A stretch of 64,000 bases of DNA, taken from contig CAWFAK010000005.1 in assembly GCA_963813715.1 (NCBI GenBank), positions 352,001 through 416,000 of the forward strand, in the 5' to 3' direction. The number at the start of each line of letters is the position of its first letter. The first letter of the stretch is position 1. Source of the DNA: an uncultured Planctomycetaceae bacterium. GTDB lineage: Bacteria; Planctomycetota; Planctomycetia; Planctomycetales; Planctomycetaceae. The notes beneath the pieces are model-generated. The model was not told the DNA's origin. It ran no database searches and saw only the letters and a list, made by a program, of their open reading frames with translations. Both the position numbers and the translations under genes were made by a program. Positions 24,723 through 33,651 of the stretch are shown here, in pieces.

Positions 24723-26015
24723 TTAAACCACCCGGGCGACCACGAGAGTCCGGTCATCACGGGGCGCGGCTCCGTCCGTGTGCGATTCGACGTGCTTGAG
24801 CACGCGATCGACGATCTCGGCTGGCTCCGCTCCGCAGGCAGCGAGCGCCTTGTCCAAGCGATCGGTGCCAAAGAGTTCGCCGGTGGGGCTGGCGGCTTCG
24901 GTGATGCCGTCGGTGTAGAAGACGATCTGGTCGCCGGGCTGGAGTTGCTCGGTGTGTGAGACGAATCCCGGGTCTTCAAGCACGCCGAGCGGAACTTGCT
25001 GGGCTCCGTCGAGGGCCAGCACCGTCTGATCGCCGCAACGTCGCATCCGCGGCGGGTTGTGGCCGGCCGACGAGTAGGTCAGCCGTCGCGTCTTTGGATC
25101 GTAGATGCCGTAAAACGCCGTCACGAACGTGCCGTTGACGCCCACGTAGTGGTCCAGCAGCTTGCGGTTGAGAAACGAAAGCAACTGGCTCGGCGGCGCC
25201 GGATCGTTCGGATAGTTGTGCACGATGCTGTGCATCACGGCCATCATCACGGCGGCCGGCGTCCCGTGTCCGCTGACGTCGGCAATCAGGATGCCCAACA
25301 GGCCCTGCCCAAGCGGGATGAAATCGTAATAGTCGCCGCCAGCTCGCCGCGCGGTCTCGTAGTTGGCCGCCAGGTGCAGCGACGGAATGTCGGGCAGCTT
25401 GGCCGGCAGCAGCGAGCGTTGAATGGCAGCAACCGCTTTCATTTCGCGGTCGATTTCTTCGTAGGCGGTTTTGACCTTGTCGGCCAGCACCAGCGAGTTG
25501 GTGGCCCGGCCGAACAGGTTTGCCGTCCAAACGTGCTCGGGCAGCAGCTCGGGATCGAATGTGCCCGACTCGCGGCGGAGATGGACGACCATGTTGAGGG
25601 CCACGCCCTGATCCAACAGCGGAATGGCGACCAGCGACGAAAACCCCTCGAGGTAGCGGGCTGCCGGATCGTCCGGTGAGACGGAAAAATCCTCGATGAT
25701 CCGCGGCTCGTCGCCGTAAATCAGCTCGCCCAAGATACCGCCGTTGATGATCGGCAGCTTGTCCGGCTCCTTCCAGGGATTGACCGTTTCTTCCCAGGCG
25801 GTCGAGCGGGTGATCTTCACCTGGGGCGGCCGCAAGTCGCGGCGGCTCAGCGAGATCGACCGATCGATCCGCCGGAACCGCTTCATCCGGGCCGCATATT
25901 GCTGCACCATCAATTGCGGATCGGTCTGCTTGCTCATCTCGCGCATCATTTCCATGACGGCGCTGAGCCGCTCTTCCCAGTTCAAATCGGGCGCCGCCAG
26001 GTTTTCGACTCGCAT
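24723..26015 (-). CDS. PP2C/SpoIIE (RsbU-like) protein phosphatase with an N-terminal GAF-like domain
   Basis: AAIQRSLLP; AGGDYYDF; IADVSGHG; TFVTAFY; SAGHNPP; FYTDGITEA; DDRTLVV. Confidence 0.92.
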   Translation of the reverse strand: MRVENLAAPDLNWEERLSAVMEMMREMSKQTDPQLMVQQYAARMKRFRRIDRSISLSRRDLRPPQVKITRSTAWEETVNPWKEPDKLPIINGGILGELIYGDEPRIIEDFSVSPDDPAARYLEGFSSLVAIPLLDQGVALNMVVHLRRESGTFDPELLPEHVWTANLFGRATNSLVLADKVKTAYEEIDREMKAVAAIQRSLLPAKLPDIPSLHLAANYETARRAGGDYYDFIPLGQGLLGILIADVSGHGTPAAVMMAVMHSIVHNYPNDPAPPSQLLSFLNRKLLDHYVGVNGTFVTAFYGIYDPKTRRLTYSSAGHNPPRMRRCGDQTVLALDGAQQVPLGVLEDPGFVSHTEQLQPGDQIVFYTDGITEAASPTGELFGTDRLDKALAACGAEPAEIVDRVLKHVESHTDGAAPRDDRTLVVARVV

Positions 26016-26119
26016 CGGACTCTCCGCGAGAGCTTGGATGACTGATGATCGACCGTCAGTTATCAGCTACCAGTTTGCCAATGGACAGCGGCTTACCGCC
26101 AGTGTCGCCAATGTTTCGC

Positions 26120-27199
26120 TCAGGATTCGGTGTAACGCGGGGACACCGCGATTCTTTCCATCCGTTCGTTGCGAATGATGGTGAGTTCCAGCGCCGCGGT
26201 TGCGGCACTTGGTTCCGTCGCCGGACTTGCTTGGCCGCTCGACGCCAGCCGGCCCGATAGTACGCGGTGCAAATCGTCGACGTCGGCGATGATCCGGTCG
26301 TTGGCCGCCACGATCACGTCGTGCGCCCGCAGCCCGGCCAGGTCGGACGGTCCCTTGGGCAGCACTTCGATGACTTCGACGGCCGTGTCGGACAGCAAGT
26401 CGTGTTCGCGAACGAGCCGCCGGGCCAATTGGGCCGCCGTCACCGTAATTCCGAGCGACAGGCGTCGCACGCGGCCGTGTGCGGCTAATTCCCCCACGAT
26501 CCACGCGGCCGTGCTCGACGGGATGGCAAAGCCCAGCCCCTGGGCCATGGCGATCACGGCGGTGTTGATGCCCACGACGCGACCGCGGGAATCGACCAGC
26601 GGACCGCCCGAGTTGCCGGGGTTGAGCGGAGCCGTGTGCTGCACGACGTTTTCGATCAGTCGGCCGAATTCGCTCCGCATGGCCCGTCCCAGGGCGCTCA
26701 CCACGCCAGTCGAGACGGTCGAGCGAAATCCGAACGGGTTGCCCATGGCGATCACCAGCTGGCCGACCTGCAGGGCCTGCGAATCGCCGAAAGTCGCGTA
26801 GGGCAAATCGCGGGCGGCCAGCCGCAACAGCGCCAGATCGGTCGACGGATCGTCCCCGACGAGGTCGGCCGCGATTTTGTCCCCCTCTTCAGTCGTGGCT
26901 GTGAATGAATCGCGTCCGTGGACGACGTGGCTGTTGGTGACGGCGTAGCCGTCCGGCGTGACGAGAAAGCCCGAGCCCATTCCGCCCCGCTGATCGCCGC
27001 GGGCCGCGACGGCGATCACCGCCGGCCCCGCGTTCTGGGCCACGTTGATGACCGCTTGCGAATAGGCGTCGAGCAAATCGGCGTCGCGCGTGGCTTCGGC
27101 TGGCGACGAGACTTTCGTCGGCGGCGGATTTTGACCCGAGTCGCTGCCCGCCGTCTCACCCGACGTGGCAAGCAGCGAGAAGATTCGATTGTGCGTCAC
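26120..27199 (-). CDS. Trypsin-like S1C (HtrA/DegQ-type) serine protease with a PDZ domain and no signal peptide
   Basis: GSGFLV; TNSHVV; TDLALL; LNPGNSGGPL; VGINTA; C-terminal PDZ; GAGGAAAGGA RBS before GTG 27199. Confidence 0.9.
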   Translation of the reverse strand: MTHNRIFSLLATSGETAGSDSGQNPPPTKVSSPAEATRDADLLDAYSQAVINVAQNAGPAVIAVAARGDQRGGMGSGFLVTPDGYAVTNSHVVHGRDSFTATTEEGDKIAADLVGDDPSTDLALLRLAARDLPYATFGDSQALQVGQLVIAMGNPFGFRSTVSTGVVSALGRAMRSEFGRLIENVVQHTAPLNPGNSGGPLVDSRGRVVGINTAVIAMAQGLGFAIPSSTAAWIVGELAAHGRVRRLSLGITVTAAQLARRLVREHDLLSDTAVEVIEVLPKGPSDLAGLRAHDVIVAANDRIIADVDDLHRVLSGRLASSGQASPATEPSAATAALELTIIRNERMERIAVSPRYTES

Positions 27200-27560
27200 G
27201 GCAAGTTCCTTTCCTCGCATCGGCGAATGTCGGCGGAATTGTAGGCGCGACACACAAACCGTTAACGAGGATCAGACGCACAGTGGCGGCCGTCGGCGAG
27301 CCCGAGCGCAAGTTTCTGCGCAGTCCCCAGTTGCATCCATGTATCAACGCCAACGTGCCGCGGCCGGCGAAACGGGCCAACTGGACACTCCTTGGACTGT
27401 GCGCCGGGCCGTTCTGGCCGCAGACGGGAGTGGCCGGGACTCAGTCCCGGACTGAACAAATGCCGGCTATAATGCCGCCATCCGTCCGTTCGCCCGGCCC
27501 CCTTTCGGCTGGCCCCGTTCTGCCTCAAACGACGCCCTGCCACAACCCGAGGAGCAAGCG

Positions 27561-28130
27561 ATGAAGAAGGCCCTGGCCCTGCTGTCGGCGTTCGCGTGCG
27601 TGACGGCGTTTGCCGTCGTCGCCCGCGCCGGCGAAACAAAGTCCGAGCACAAAGCCGTCACCAATCCCGAAACGGTCGTTTACGACGCGGAATCGGCGTT
27701 CGAGTTTCTCAAGTCGCTGACCGGCACCTGGCAGCGGACGGGCGGCAGTCACGACTATGGCACCAAGTCGCCCCAGAGCACGTTCCGCGTCTCGGGCGCG
27801 GGCAGCTCGATCGTCGAAACGATCTTCCCGAACGATCCGAGCGAGATGATCAGCGTTTATCACATGGACGGCAACGACCTGTTGCTCACCCACTATTGCG
27901 CGCTGCACAACGCCCCGGTGATGAAGTTCCAGAAGACGAACACGCCCGGCGAAATCAAGTTCGTCTTCAAGGGGGGCACCAACTTCGACCCCAAGGTCGA
28001 CATGCACGTGCACGAGGGCTACTTCAAGGTCTCCAACGATAAAACCATCCGGGCCACCTTCGTGGTTTACAACGACGGCAAGCCGGGACAGGCGATGACC
28101 GCCACACTGACCCGCAAGGACGCCAAGTAG
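27561..28130 (+). CDS. Secreted hypothetical protein
   Basis: GAGGAG RBS; signal peptide MKKALALLSAF...ARA; conserved-looking core AFEFLKSLTGTW...EMISVYHMDG...LTHYCALHNAPVM...MHVH. Confidence 0.75.
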   Translation: MKKALALLSAFACVTAFAVVARAGETKSEHKAVTNPETVVYDAESAFEFLKSLTGTWQRTGGSHDYGTKSPQSTFRVSGAGSSIVETIFPNDPSEMISVYHMDGNDLLLTHYCALHNAPVMKFQKTNTPGEIKFVFKGGTNFDPKVDMHVHEGYFKVSNDKTIRATFVVYNDGKPGQAMTATLTRKDAK

Positions 28131-28230
28131 GGCGGCCTCGGCCCGAGGCGCACGCAGCGAATCTTCAAACGAGCCAAGTCGTGACGCCGTCTGTTTGCTG
28201 CCGTCGTCCGTTGGTTGCTGTCGCCGCTGA

Positions 28231-29661
28231 TTAGAACCGCACTTCCATTCCCAGGTTGAGGCCCTGCGCCCAGAAGGTCGACTGGTTGGCGGTGTAGGAC
28301 GGCCGGGACGGATCGATGGCCGGGGCGGTGATCGGCGGATTGGCCTGCTGCACGAGGGCCGTGCGGAACAGGTTCTGGCCGCCATCGATCTGATTGCCCG
28401 GGCGGGCCACGTCGCTGATGTAGAGGAAGTCGTAGCCGACCAGGATGCGGGCCCACGTGTTGATCGCGTAGCCGACCGTCAGGTCGACTTCCGGCAACAC
28501 GGCAAAGTGATCCGAGCTGAAGCCGCCCAAGTTGCTCGTCTGGGTGAACGCGCCGCCGGCATAGTTGACCGGCGCCGCGGCGATCGGGTTGGCCAGGTTA
28601 GTTTGCGTTCCGCCGTTGATGTCGGTGCGTTCCACCGTGTCACCCAGCGCGAGCTTGAAGTCGGCCCGATAGTAGAACCCGCCGCGCCAGCCGCCGTGGC
28701 CGTCGTCCGGAGAAGTCTCGAAGCGGATGCCGAGCAAACCGCCGTAGAAGTTGTTGCTCGAGCTGAAGGTGTCGAACGTGTTGAACACCACGTTGGACTG
28801 CGACTGGGCCGTCGTCTGGTTGGCCGACGTGTAGTCCAGGTCCTCATAGAGAGAGAACCAGCGGAAGCCGAACATCGCGTCGACGCGGAAGTGATTGGCT
28901 TGCGTCAGGTTGAACAGCCCGTAGCTGTCGGCCCCCTGCGTGCGGCTCACCATGTTGAGCGAGTCGTGCGTAATGATGTTCCCATTCAATCCGCCCGGCA
29001 CCGCGAACAGCGTGGCGAGCGCGGGCAACATGGCGGCCGGTCCCGGCGTGCCGCCGTGGAAGGCCCCCGTCACGTCGAAGAACGGAGTCTGCAAGGTCGG
29101 TGCGGCGGCTCCGCCCAGCGTAAGTGCAGTCTGCGTTTCGCTGGCCGTCCCCAGGTAGAAGTAAGTGCCTTCCATCCCGACGGTGTGCCCTTCGTCGAAC
29201 CAGAAGCCGACCGTGCCTTTGACGCCTTGTCGCGTTCCCAGGTCGACGTCGTTGCCGCCGATGGCGACCGACGTGCCGGCTCCGCCAATGGCACCGGGCA
29301 TCGGGGTGCCGCCGGTCGGAGTGCCCGGGGCGACGCTGGTCGCCAGCGGGGTCGTCTCCGGGCTGGACTTCGTCCACCAGAGCAAGTACTCGGCCCGCGC
29401 CCACACGCGATCGCAATCGCTCGGCGCGCAGTTGTTGCAGCTGCCGTCGAGCGAATAGCCCTGGCCCGGCGGCGCGCTGTACACGGGGCCGGACATTGGT
29501 CCCATGATCGGTTGTTCCAAGGAGACGGGGCCGGTCGTGACGGTGGGGGGAGCCGGCGCTGCGGGTCCCATCACCGGCATTTGGTTGAGCGGCACTTGGG
29601 CCAGCGCCGAGCTAGCGCCAGCGAAGACAATGGCAACGGAGGCGAGCAATCCTTTGCTCAT
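28231..29661 (-). CDS. BBP7 family outer-membrane beta-barrel protein
   Basis: Signal peptide; WARAEYLLWW; NNFYGGLLG; FAVLPEVDLTVGY; VGYDFLYISDVARPGNQID; C-terminus FWAQGLNLGMEVRF. Confidence 0.85.
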   Translation of the reverse strand: MSKGLLASVAIVFAGASSALAQVPLNQMPVMGPAAPAPPTVTTGPVSLEQPIMGPMSGPVYSAPPGQGYSLDGSCNNCAPSDCDRVWARAEYLLWWTKSSPETTPLATSVAPGTPTGGTPMPGAIGGAGTSVAIGGNDVDLGTRQGVKGTVGFWFDEGHTVGMEGTYFYLGTASETQTALTLGGAAAPTLQTPFFDVTGAFHGGTPGPAAMLPALATLFAVPGGLNGNIITHDSLNMVSRTQGADSYGLFNLTQANHFRVDAMFGFRWFSLYEDLDYTSANQTTAQSQSNVVFNTFDTFSSSNNFYGGLLGIRFETSPDDGHGGWRGGFYYRADFKLALGDTVERTDINGGTQTNLANPIAAAPVNYAGGAFTQTSNLGGFSSDHFAVLPEVDLTVGYAINTWARILVGYDFLYISDVARPGNQIDGGQNLFRTALVQQANPPITAPAIDPSRPSYTANQSTFWAQGLNLGMEVRF

Positions 29662-30121
29662 CGGCCTTCCCTTCAATTCCTGATTTTGTTGGCCCGTCCG
29701 GTCTCGAAGCTGCGTCGACTGGTCCCCGCGACGAAAACTCGGCCGGCCGAACCGGCCCCGGCGGCTTCAACGCGTCCTTGCGTTCCGCCGCCGCCATCTT
29801 TCCGCATCGCGGCCCAACGACGTCCCGTTTGGCAGATGTCAGCCATCGGGTTCTATCGACGTGCCCTAGGCCGGGCAGTGAAAGCAACTTAAGTCAGTTG
29901 TTAAACTCTCCTAGATTACGCGGTTTGACGGCCTGTAAGGAAATTGTCGAATCTGCGGCAAACCCCGAAGTGAACGGAATTTCTGACTTTACGCGACGTA
30001 AGGCCTCGAAGCGTCGGCCGGTTGAACCCCTCCTTCGCGCTGTAAGTTGAGCATCGCGCTTCCTCTTTTGACCGACAACCCAGAGATCTCGCCCCCCGAG
30101 ATTATCCACAGAGATCCCACC

Positions 30122-30934
30122 ATGAAGTCTTTCCGCATTGCCTCGCTGTGCGTTGCGCTGGCTACGCTCTGCCTGTCCGCCGTTGCCCGCGCCGCCGATG
30201 AACCGGCGAAGCCGTTGCGGGCGCTGCTCGTGCTGGGCGGCTGCTGCCACGACTACGCACATCAAAAGGACATTCTCACCAAGGGCATCGGCGAGCGGGC
30301 CCGCGTCGAGTTCGTCGTGGCCTACGATCCCAGCACGACGACCACGCATCTCAATCCGGTCTACGAAAATCCGGACTGGGCCTCCGGCTTCGACGTCGTG
30401 ATCCACGACGAGTGCACGTCCGACGTGAAAGACCTGGCGATGATCGACCGCATCCTGGCGCCGCATCGCCACGGACTGCCGGGCGTCGTCCTGCATTGCG
30501 GCATGCACTGCTACCGCAGCGAAGGCTGGCCCAAGGCGATCATTCCCTGGTTCGAATTCACCGGCCTGCAGACGACCGCGCACGCTGCCCAAGAGCCGAT
30601 CGCCATCACCTTCCTCCCCGGCGACAGTCCCATCACGCACGGGCTGGCAAACTGGACCACGATTCACGAGGAACTCTACAACAACTACGCCGGCAAACTG
30701 CTCGACACGGCCACGCCGCTGGCCCGCGGCAAGCAAACGGTCCGCGACCGCCGGCAGCGAAAAATCACCTCCGACAACGTCGTCGTCTGGACCAACAACT
30801 ATCACGGCACCAAAGTCTTCGCGACGACGCTGGGCCACAACAACGAAACCGTCTCCGACCCCCGCTACCTCGACCTGGTCACCCGCGGCCTCCTCTGGTC
30901 CTGCGGCAAGTTGAACCCGCAGTATCTGAAGTGA
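30122..30934 (+). CDS. ThuA-like (class I glutamine amidotransferase fold) exported protein
   Basis: Signal peptide; LRALLVLGGCCHDY; VVLHCGMHCYR; EELYN; VFATTLGHN; LVTRGLLW. Confidence 0.85.
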   Translation: MKSFRIASLCVALATLCLSAVARAADEPAKPLRALLVLGGCCHDYAHQKDILTKGIGERARVEFVVAYDPSTTTTHLNPVYENPDWASGFDVVIHDECTSDVKDLAMIDRILAPHRHGLPGVVLHCGMHCYRSEGWPKAIIPWFEFTGLQTTAHAAQEPIAITFLPGDSPITHGLANWTTIHEELYNNYAGKLLDTATPLARGKQTVRDRRQRKITSDNVVVWTNNYHGTKVFATTLGHNNETVSDPRYLDLVTRGLLWSCGKLNPQYLK

Positions 30935-30937
30935 GCG

Positions 30938-30966
30938 CGTCCGGACCGGATCGGGGACCGGACCAG
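30938..30966 (+). repeat. Collapsed copy (R0) of the ~105 bp repeat: left and right ends joined, core missing
   Basis: CGTCCGGACCGGATCGGGGACCGGACCAG, 4 nt after the ThuA stop codon. Confidence 0.5.
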
Positions 30967-31046
30967 AGTTCACGACAAAAGACACGAAGGGATGACCCAC
31001 AAAGGGGGGGGCCGCGCCGGTCTCCGTGCAATCTCGTCAAAATCAA

Positions 31047-31154
31047 AGTGTCCGGACCGGATTCAGGTTTCGTCGTAACTTTCATCTCACGGTGTGCTTA
31101 ACCCCGGTCTCTTTTGCTCTCGTAGAAATGGATCAGACGGGACCGGACCGGATT
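31047..31154 (+). repeat. Direct repeat copy R1
   Basis: AGTGTCCGGACCGGATTCAGGTTTCGTCGTAAC-N17-CTTAACCCCGGTCTCTTTTGCTC...GACCGGACCGGATT. Confidence 0.9.
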
Positions 31155-31260
31155 TTTCACCACAAAGACACCAAGGCACAAAGGAAGAACCACAAAGAGC
31201 ACTTTGCTGCTCCCAAACTCTTGCTTCTCTTCTTTGTGGCTTCGTGTCTTTGTTGTGAAA
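31155..31260. repeat. Palindromic miniature element (CACAAAGACAC type)
   Basis: Arms 31155-31183 and 31232-31260 are reverse complements at 26 of 29 positions. Confidence 0.85.
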
Positions 31261-31296
31261 GAAATCTCCCTGCCCGTCGCGGTCTGCTTGGTCCCC

Positions 31297-31407
31297 TTTC
31301 AGTTGAGAGTGTCCGGACCGGATTCAGGTTTCGTCGTAAATCTTGTGTCGCAGTTTGCTTAACTCCGGTCTCATTTGTTCAATCGAAAACAGACCGGACC
31401 GGATTCA
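31297..31407 (+). repeat. Direct repeat copy R2
   Basis: TTTCAGTTGAGAGTGTCCGGACCGGATTCAGGTTTCGTCGTAAA-N17-CTTAACTCCGGTCTCATTTGTTC...GACCGGACCGGATTCA. Confidence 0.9.
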
Positions 31408-32126
31408 TCTTTCCGGGTCTCTGTCCGGAGGGCGCCAATCGCGCGTGAGTTGCTCGAGCTCGCGCAGCACCTGTTTGGCTTTGCGGTGCGCTGCTGACGC
31501 CAATTGGCCGTTTCTTTCCCCGCGCTGCGGTCGGACAAAAAAGCCCACTCCGGGTTGGGCCGCGTGTGGTTGGCTCGCGCCTCGAGCCAGGCGGTCGCAA
31601 ACTCCTGATAAGTCGGTGCGATTCCCTGGCTCCAGAATTCCCGCGCCAGGATCCGCGCCAGCGCCCCGTGGCGGAACTTGCCTCCAGTGAGGCTCGACAG
31701 CAACTCGACCAGGGCCGTCCGCCGGGGATCGTCCTGCGGGTAATAGAGCCGATCGGTTGCGTTGAGCTTCTTCGCCGGCAACTCAAGGCAGACCACGCGA
31801 GCGGGAAAACAAGTCGCCCCAGGCACATTCCCCGTCTGCAGAAACCGGCGGATCCGCTCGAGAATCACGCCTTTCCGATCATCCTCGCGCGTCTTCTGTC
31901 GCCCTCCGTCCGGCGTCTCGATCCAGATCGAATAAGGAATGCCCTGCGCCCGACAAAAAGCCTTGATCTCTCCCAAGTTGAGATAGTTCAGGTCGGGCAG
32001 GGGCGTGCCCCTGCACTCGGGGCGGCCTGGACCGGATTGCGGCCCGGGCTTCTTCCCGCGGGCTGCGGTTGGGCGAGACGGCTGCGCCCGCTGGGTGACG
32101 TTCCTGGATTTTGGTCGTGCAGTCAT
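31405..32126 (-). CDS. Hypothetical protein, possibly SAP-like/DUF6434-like; fills the R2-R3 interval (frameshift at ~31480)
   Basis: MTARPKSR...LPDLNYLNLGEIKAFCRAQGIPY...GKFRHGALARILAREFWSQGIAPTYQEFATAWLEA...; the corrected tail ...QVLRELEQLTRDWRPPDRDPER* stops at TGA 31405-07. Confidence 0.7.
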
Positions 32127-32229
32127 TTCAGTGGAAAGTGTCCGGACCGGATTCAGACTTCGTCGTAACTTCAACCGAAGTTGCTACTTAACTCCGGTCT
32201 CTTTTGCTCACTCAGAAACTGACCGGACC
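32126..32229 (+). repeat. Direct repeat copy R3
   Basis: TTTCAGTGGAAAGTGTCCGGACCGGATTCAGACTTCGTCGTAAC-N17-CTTAACTCCGGTCTCTTTTGCTC...GACCGGACC. Confidence 0.9.
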
Positions 32230-32420
32230 TGGACCTCGGAGGCGCAAACCCCACGAGGCCAGGGGCAAGTCTTCCCGAGTCATTCTCGCTTGCAACAAGA
32301 CGGATCAAGCCAGCCTACCAAGCCGGCGGCCGTGCCGAGAAGCCCGTGTTTCTACGGGCGCAGAAACAACGTTCGAGATCGCGTTTCTGAACGAGTCTCC
32401 AGAGAGCCTTGCCTAGGGGC

Positions 32421-32861
32421 TCACAGGGGGGCAAACGTGGCCGCCGCCAACAGCGCCAGGGAGCTGAGCCAAGTGTAGAAGCCTAAGCCAAATGAGGCGA
32501 TGGGTGTCGCATCGCCCAAACCGGAGCCGTTGGGTAACCCCCGCAGCAGCAAACTCGAAAGGGCAATGAGCAGAGCGGCGACGGCGATCCAGCGAGCGGG
32601 CTGCAGGTTCCCGAGCGAAAACAAGATCAATCCCGGGAGGAACAGCAGCTTGGCATACCAGCCAATTGCTCCAACAACAATTCCCAGACAACCATAGAGC
32701 AAGACTTCTCCGCCCGACGCGGCTGTTCCGCTATTGAACGCCCACATGCCACGAAAGTGAAACACGTCGAGGAAGATGGAAAGGCCGTAAAGCGCAACGA
32801 TCAGGGTTGCCAAAGCCAACCGCACCAGCACCAACCGTCCATCGGCGTCGCGTTTGCCCAT
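32421..32861 (-). CDS. Small multi-pass membrane hypothetical protein
   Basis: About 146 aa with about 4 hydrophobic segments (GWYAKLLFLPGLILF; GLGFYTWLSSLALLAAA); purine-rich RBS. Confidence 0.7.
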   Translation of the reverse strand: MGKRDADGRLVLVRLALATLIVALYGLSIFLDVFHFRGMWAFNSGTAASGGEVLLYGCLGIVVGAIGWYAKLLFLPGLILFSLGNLQPARWIAVAALLIALSSLLLRGLPNGSGLGDATPIASFGLGFYTWLSSLALLAAATFAPL

Positions 32862-32953
32862 CTCTTCTTCTCTCACCTGAACCACTGCCAGATTGCCGCC
32901 AAACGGAATCCAGGAATTCGATCGCGTGCCACGGCTGAGACGCAGCGGTTCAT

Positions 32954-33350
32954 TTACTTGGTGTTTTCTTTGGGCACCCAACCTTCAAGGCCTCGTGCGG
33001 TGCGACACCACAACCAGCCACTCTCCTCAAATTGCACGAGCAGCTGTTCCCCTTTGCTTACAGTCAGTTCCGTTGCGTTGTAGTCTCTCAGAAGTACACA
33101 GGTGTTTTCTTCAACCCTCACATAATTCTCCGGCACCCATCCTTTTGTTCCGTCTCTGGGTGGTGCACCATAACCATTCGGGCCATTGGTGTTTGTGCCT
33201 CTCAGAATTCAGCTTGTCGTCAGGGTCAAAATCGAGAGTGTCCCCGGCTCGGAGGATGAGAGGATTCGGATAAGCTGATGTGTAGGCCTTCACGACACTC
33301 ACCGCGCGTGGACTCGACGATGACGAAGTGCCTTGCGGTGGTTGAGTCAT
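32954..33350 (-). CDS. Tandem SH3-domain protein (frameshift at ~33155)
   Basis: Stitched: VVKAYTSAYPNPLILRAGDTL...WPEWLWCTTQDGTKGWVPENYV...LLRDYNATELTVSKGEQL...SGWLWCRTARGLEGWVPKENTK; two SH3 signatures (xY...EL/PL...G[DE]...W...GWVPxN). Confidence 0.8.
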
Positions 33351-33408
33351 TCGCCAATGTCTCTCCGAGCTACGAACGGCACATCGCGGGGCGTCGGTCG
33401 ACGATTCG

Positions 33409-33560
33409 ACAAAGGCACGAAGACACAAAGATTGGAGCAGGAAAAGATCTTGGACAGGAGGAAACAGAGGGAACAGAGAAATCAATCGATTCGAGTCTGT
33501 CTTACTCTGTTCCTCCTCCTGTTCAATGTCTTCGTCTTCTTGGTGCCTTCGTGTTTTAGT
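33409..33560. repeat. Nested palindromic miniature elements
   Basis: Outer arms ACAAAGGCACGAAGACACAAAGA (33409-31) and TCTTGGTGCCTTCGTGTTTTAGT (33538-60); inner arms TTGGACAGGAGGAAACAGAG (33450-69) and CTCTGTTCCTCCTCCTGTTCAA (33505-26). Confidence 0.75.
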
Positions 33561-33651
33561 GGTGAAAATCCAAAATTCCCGATCGTGAACACGACCAACG
33601 AGTTTCGGCAGCCTCCGGCTCGTAGGCGCCCGTCGGGACGGTCGATTTCGG

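Noticed and set aside
31047..32229. CRISPR array or integron attC array
   Set aside because: Units are ~105 bp with very uneven spacing (about 140 and 720 bp), there are no cas or intI genes, and the ends lack RYYYAAC/GTTRRRY.
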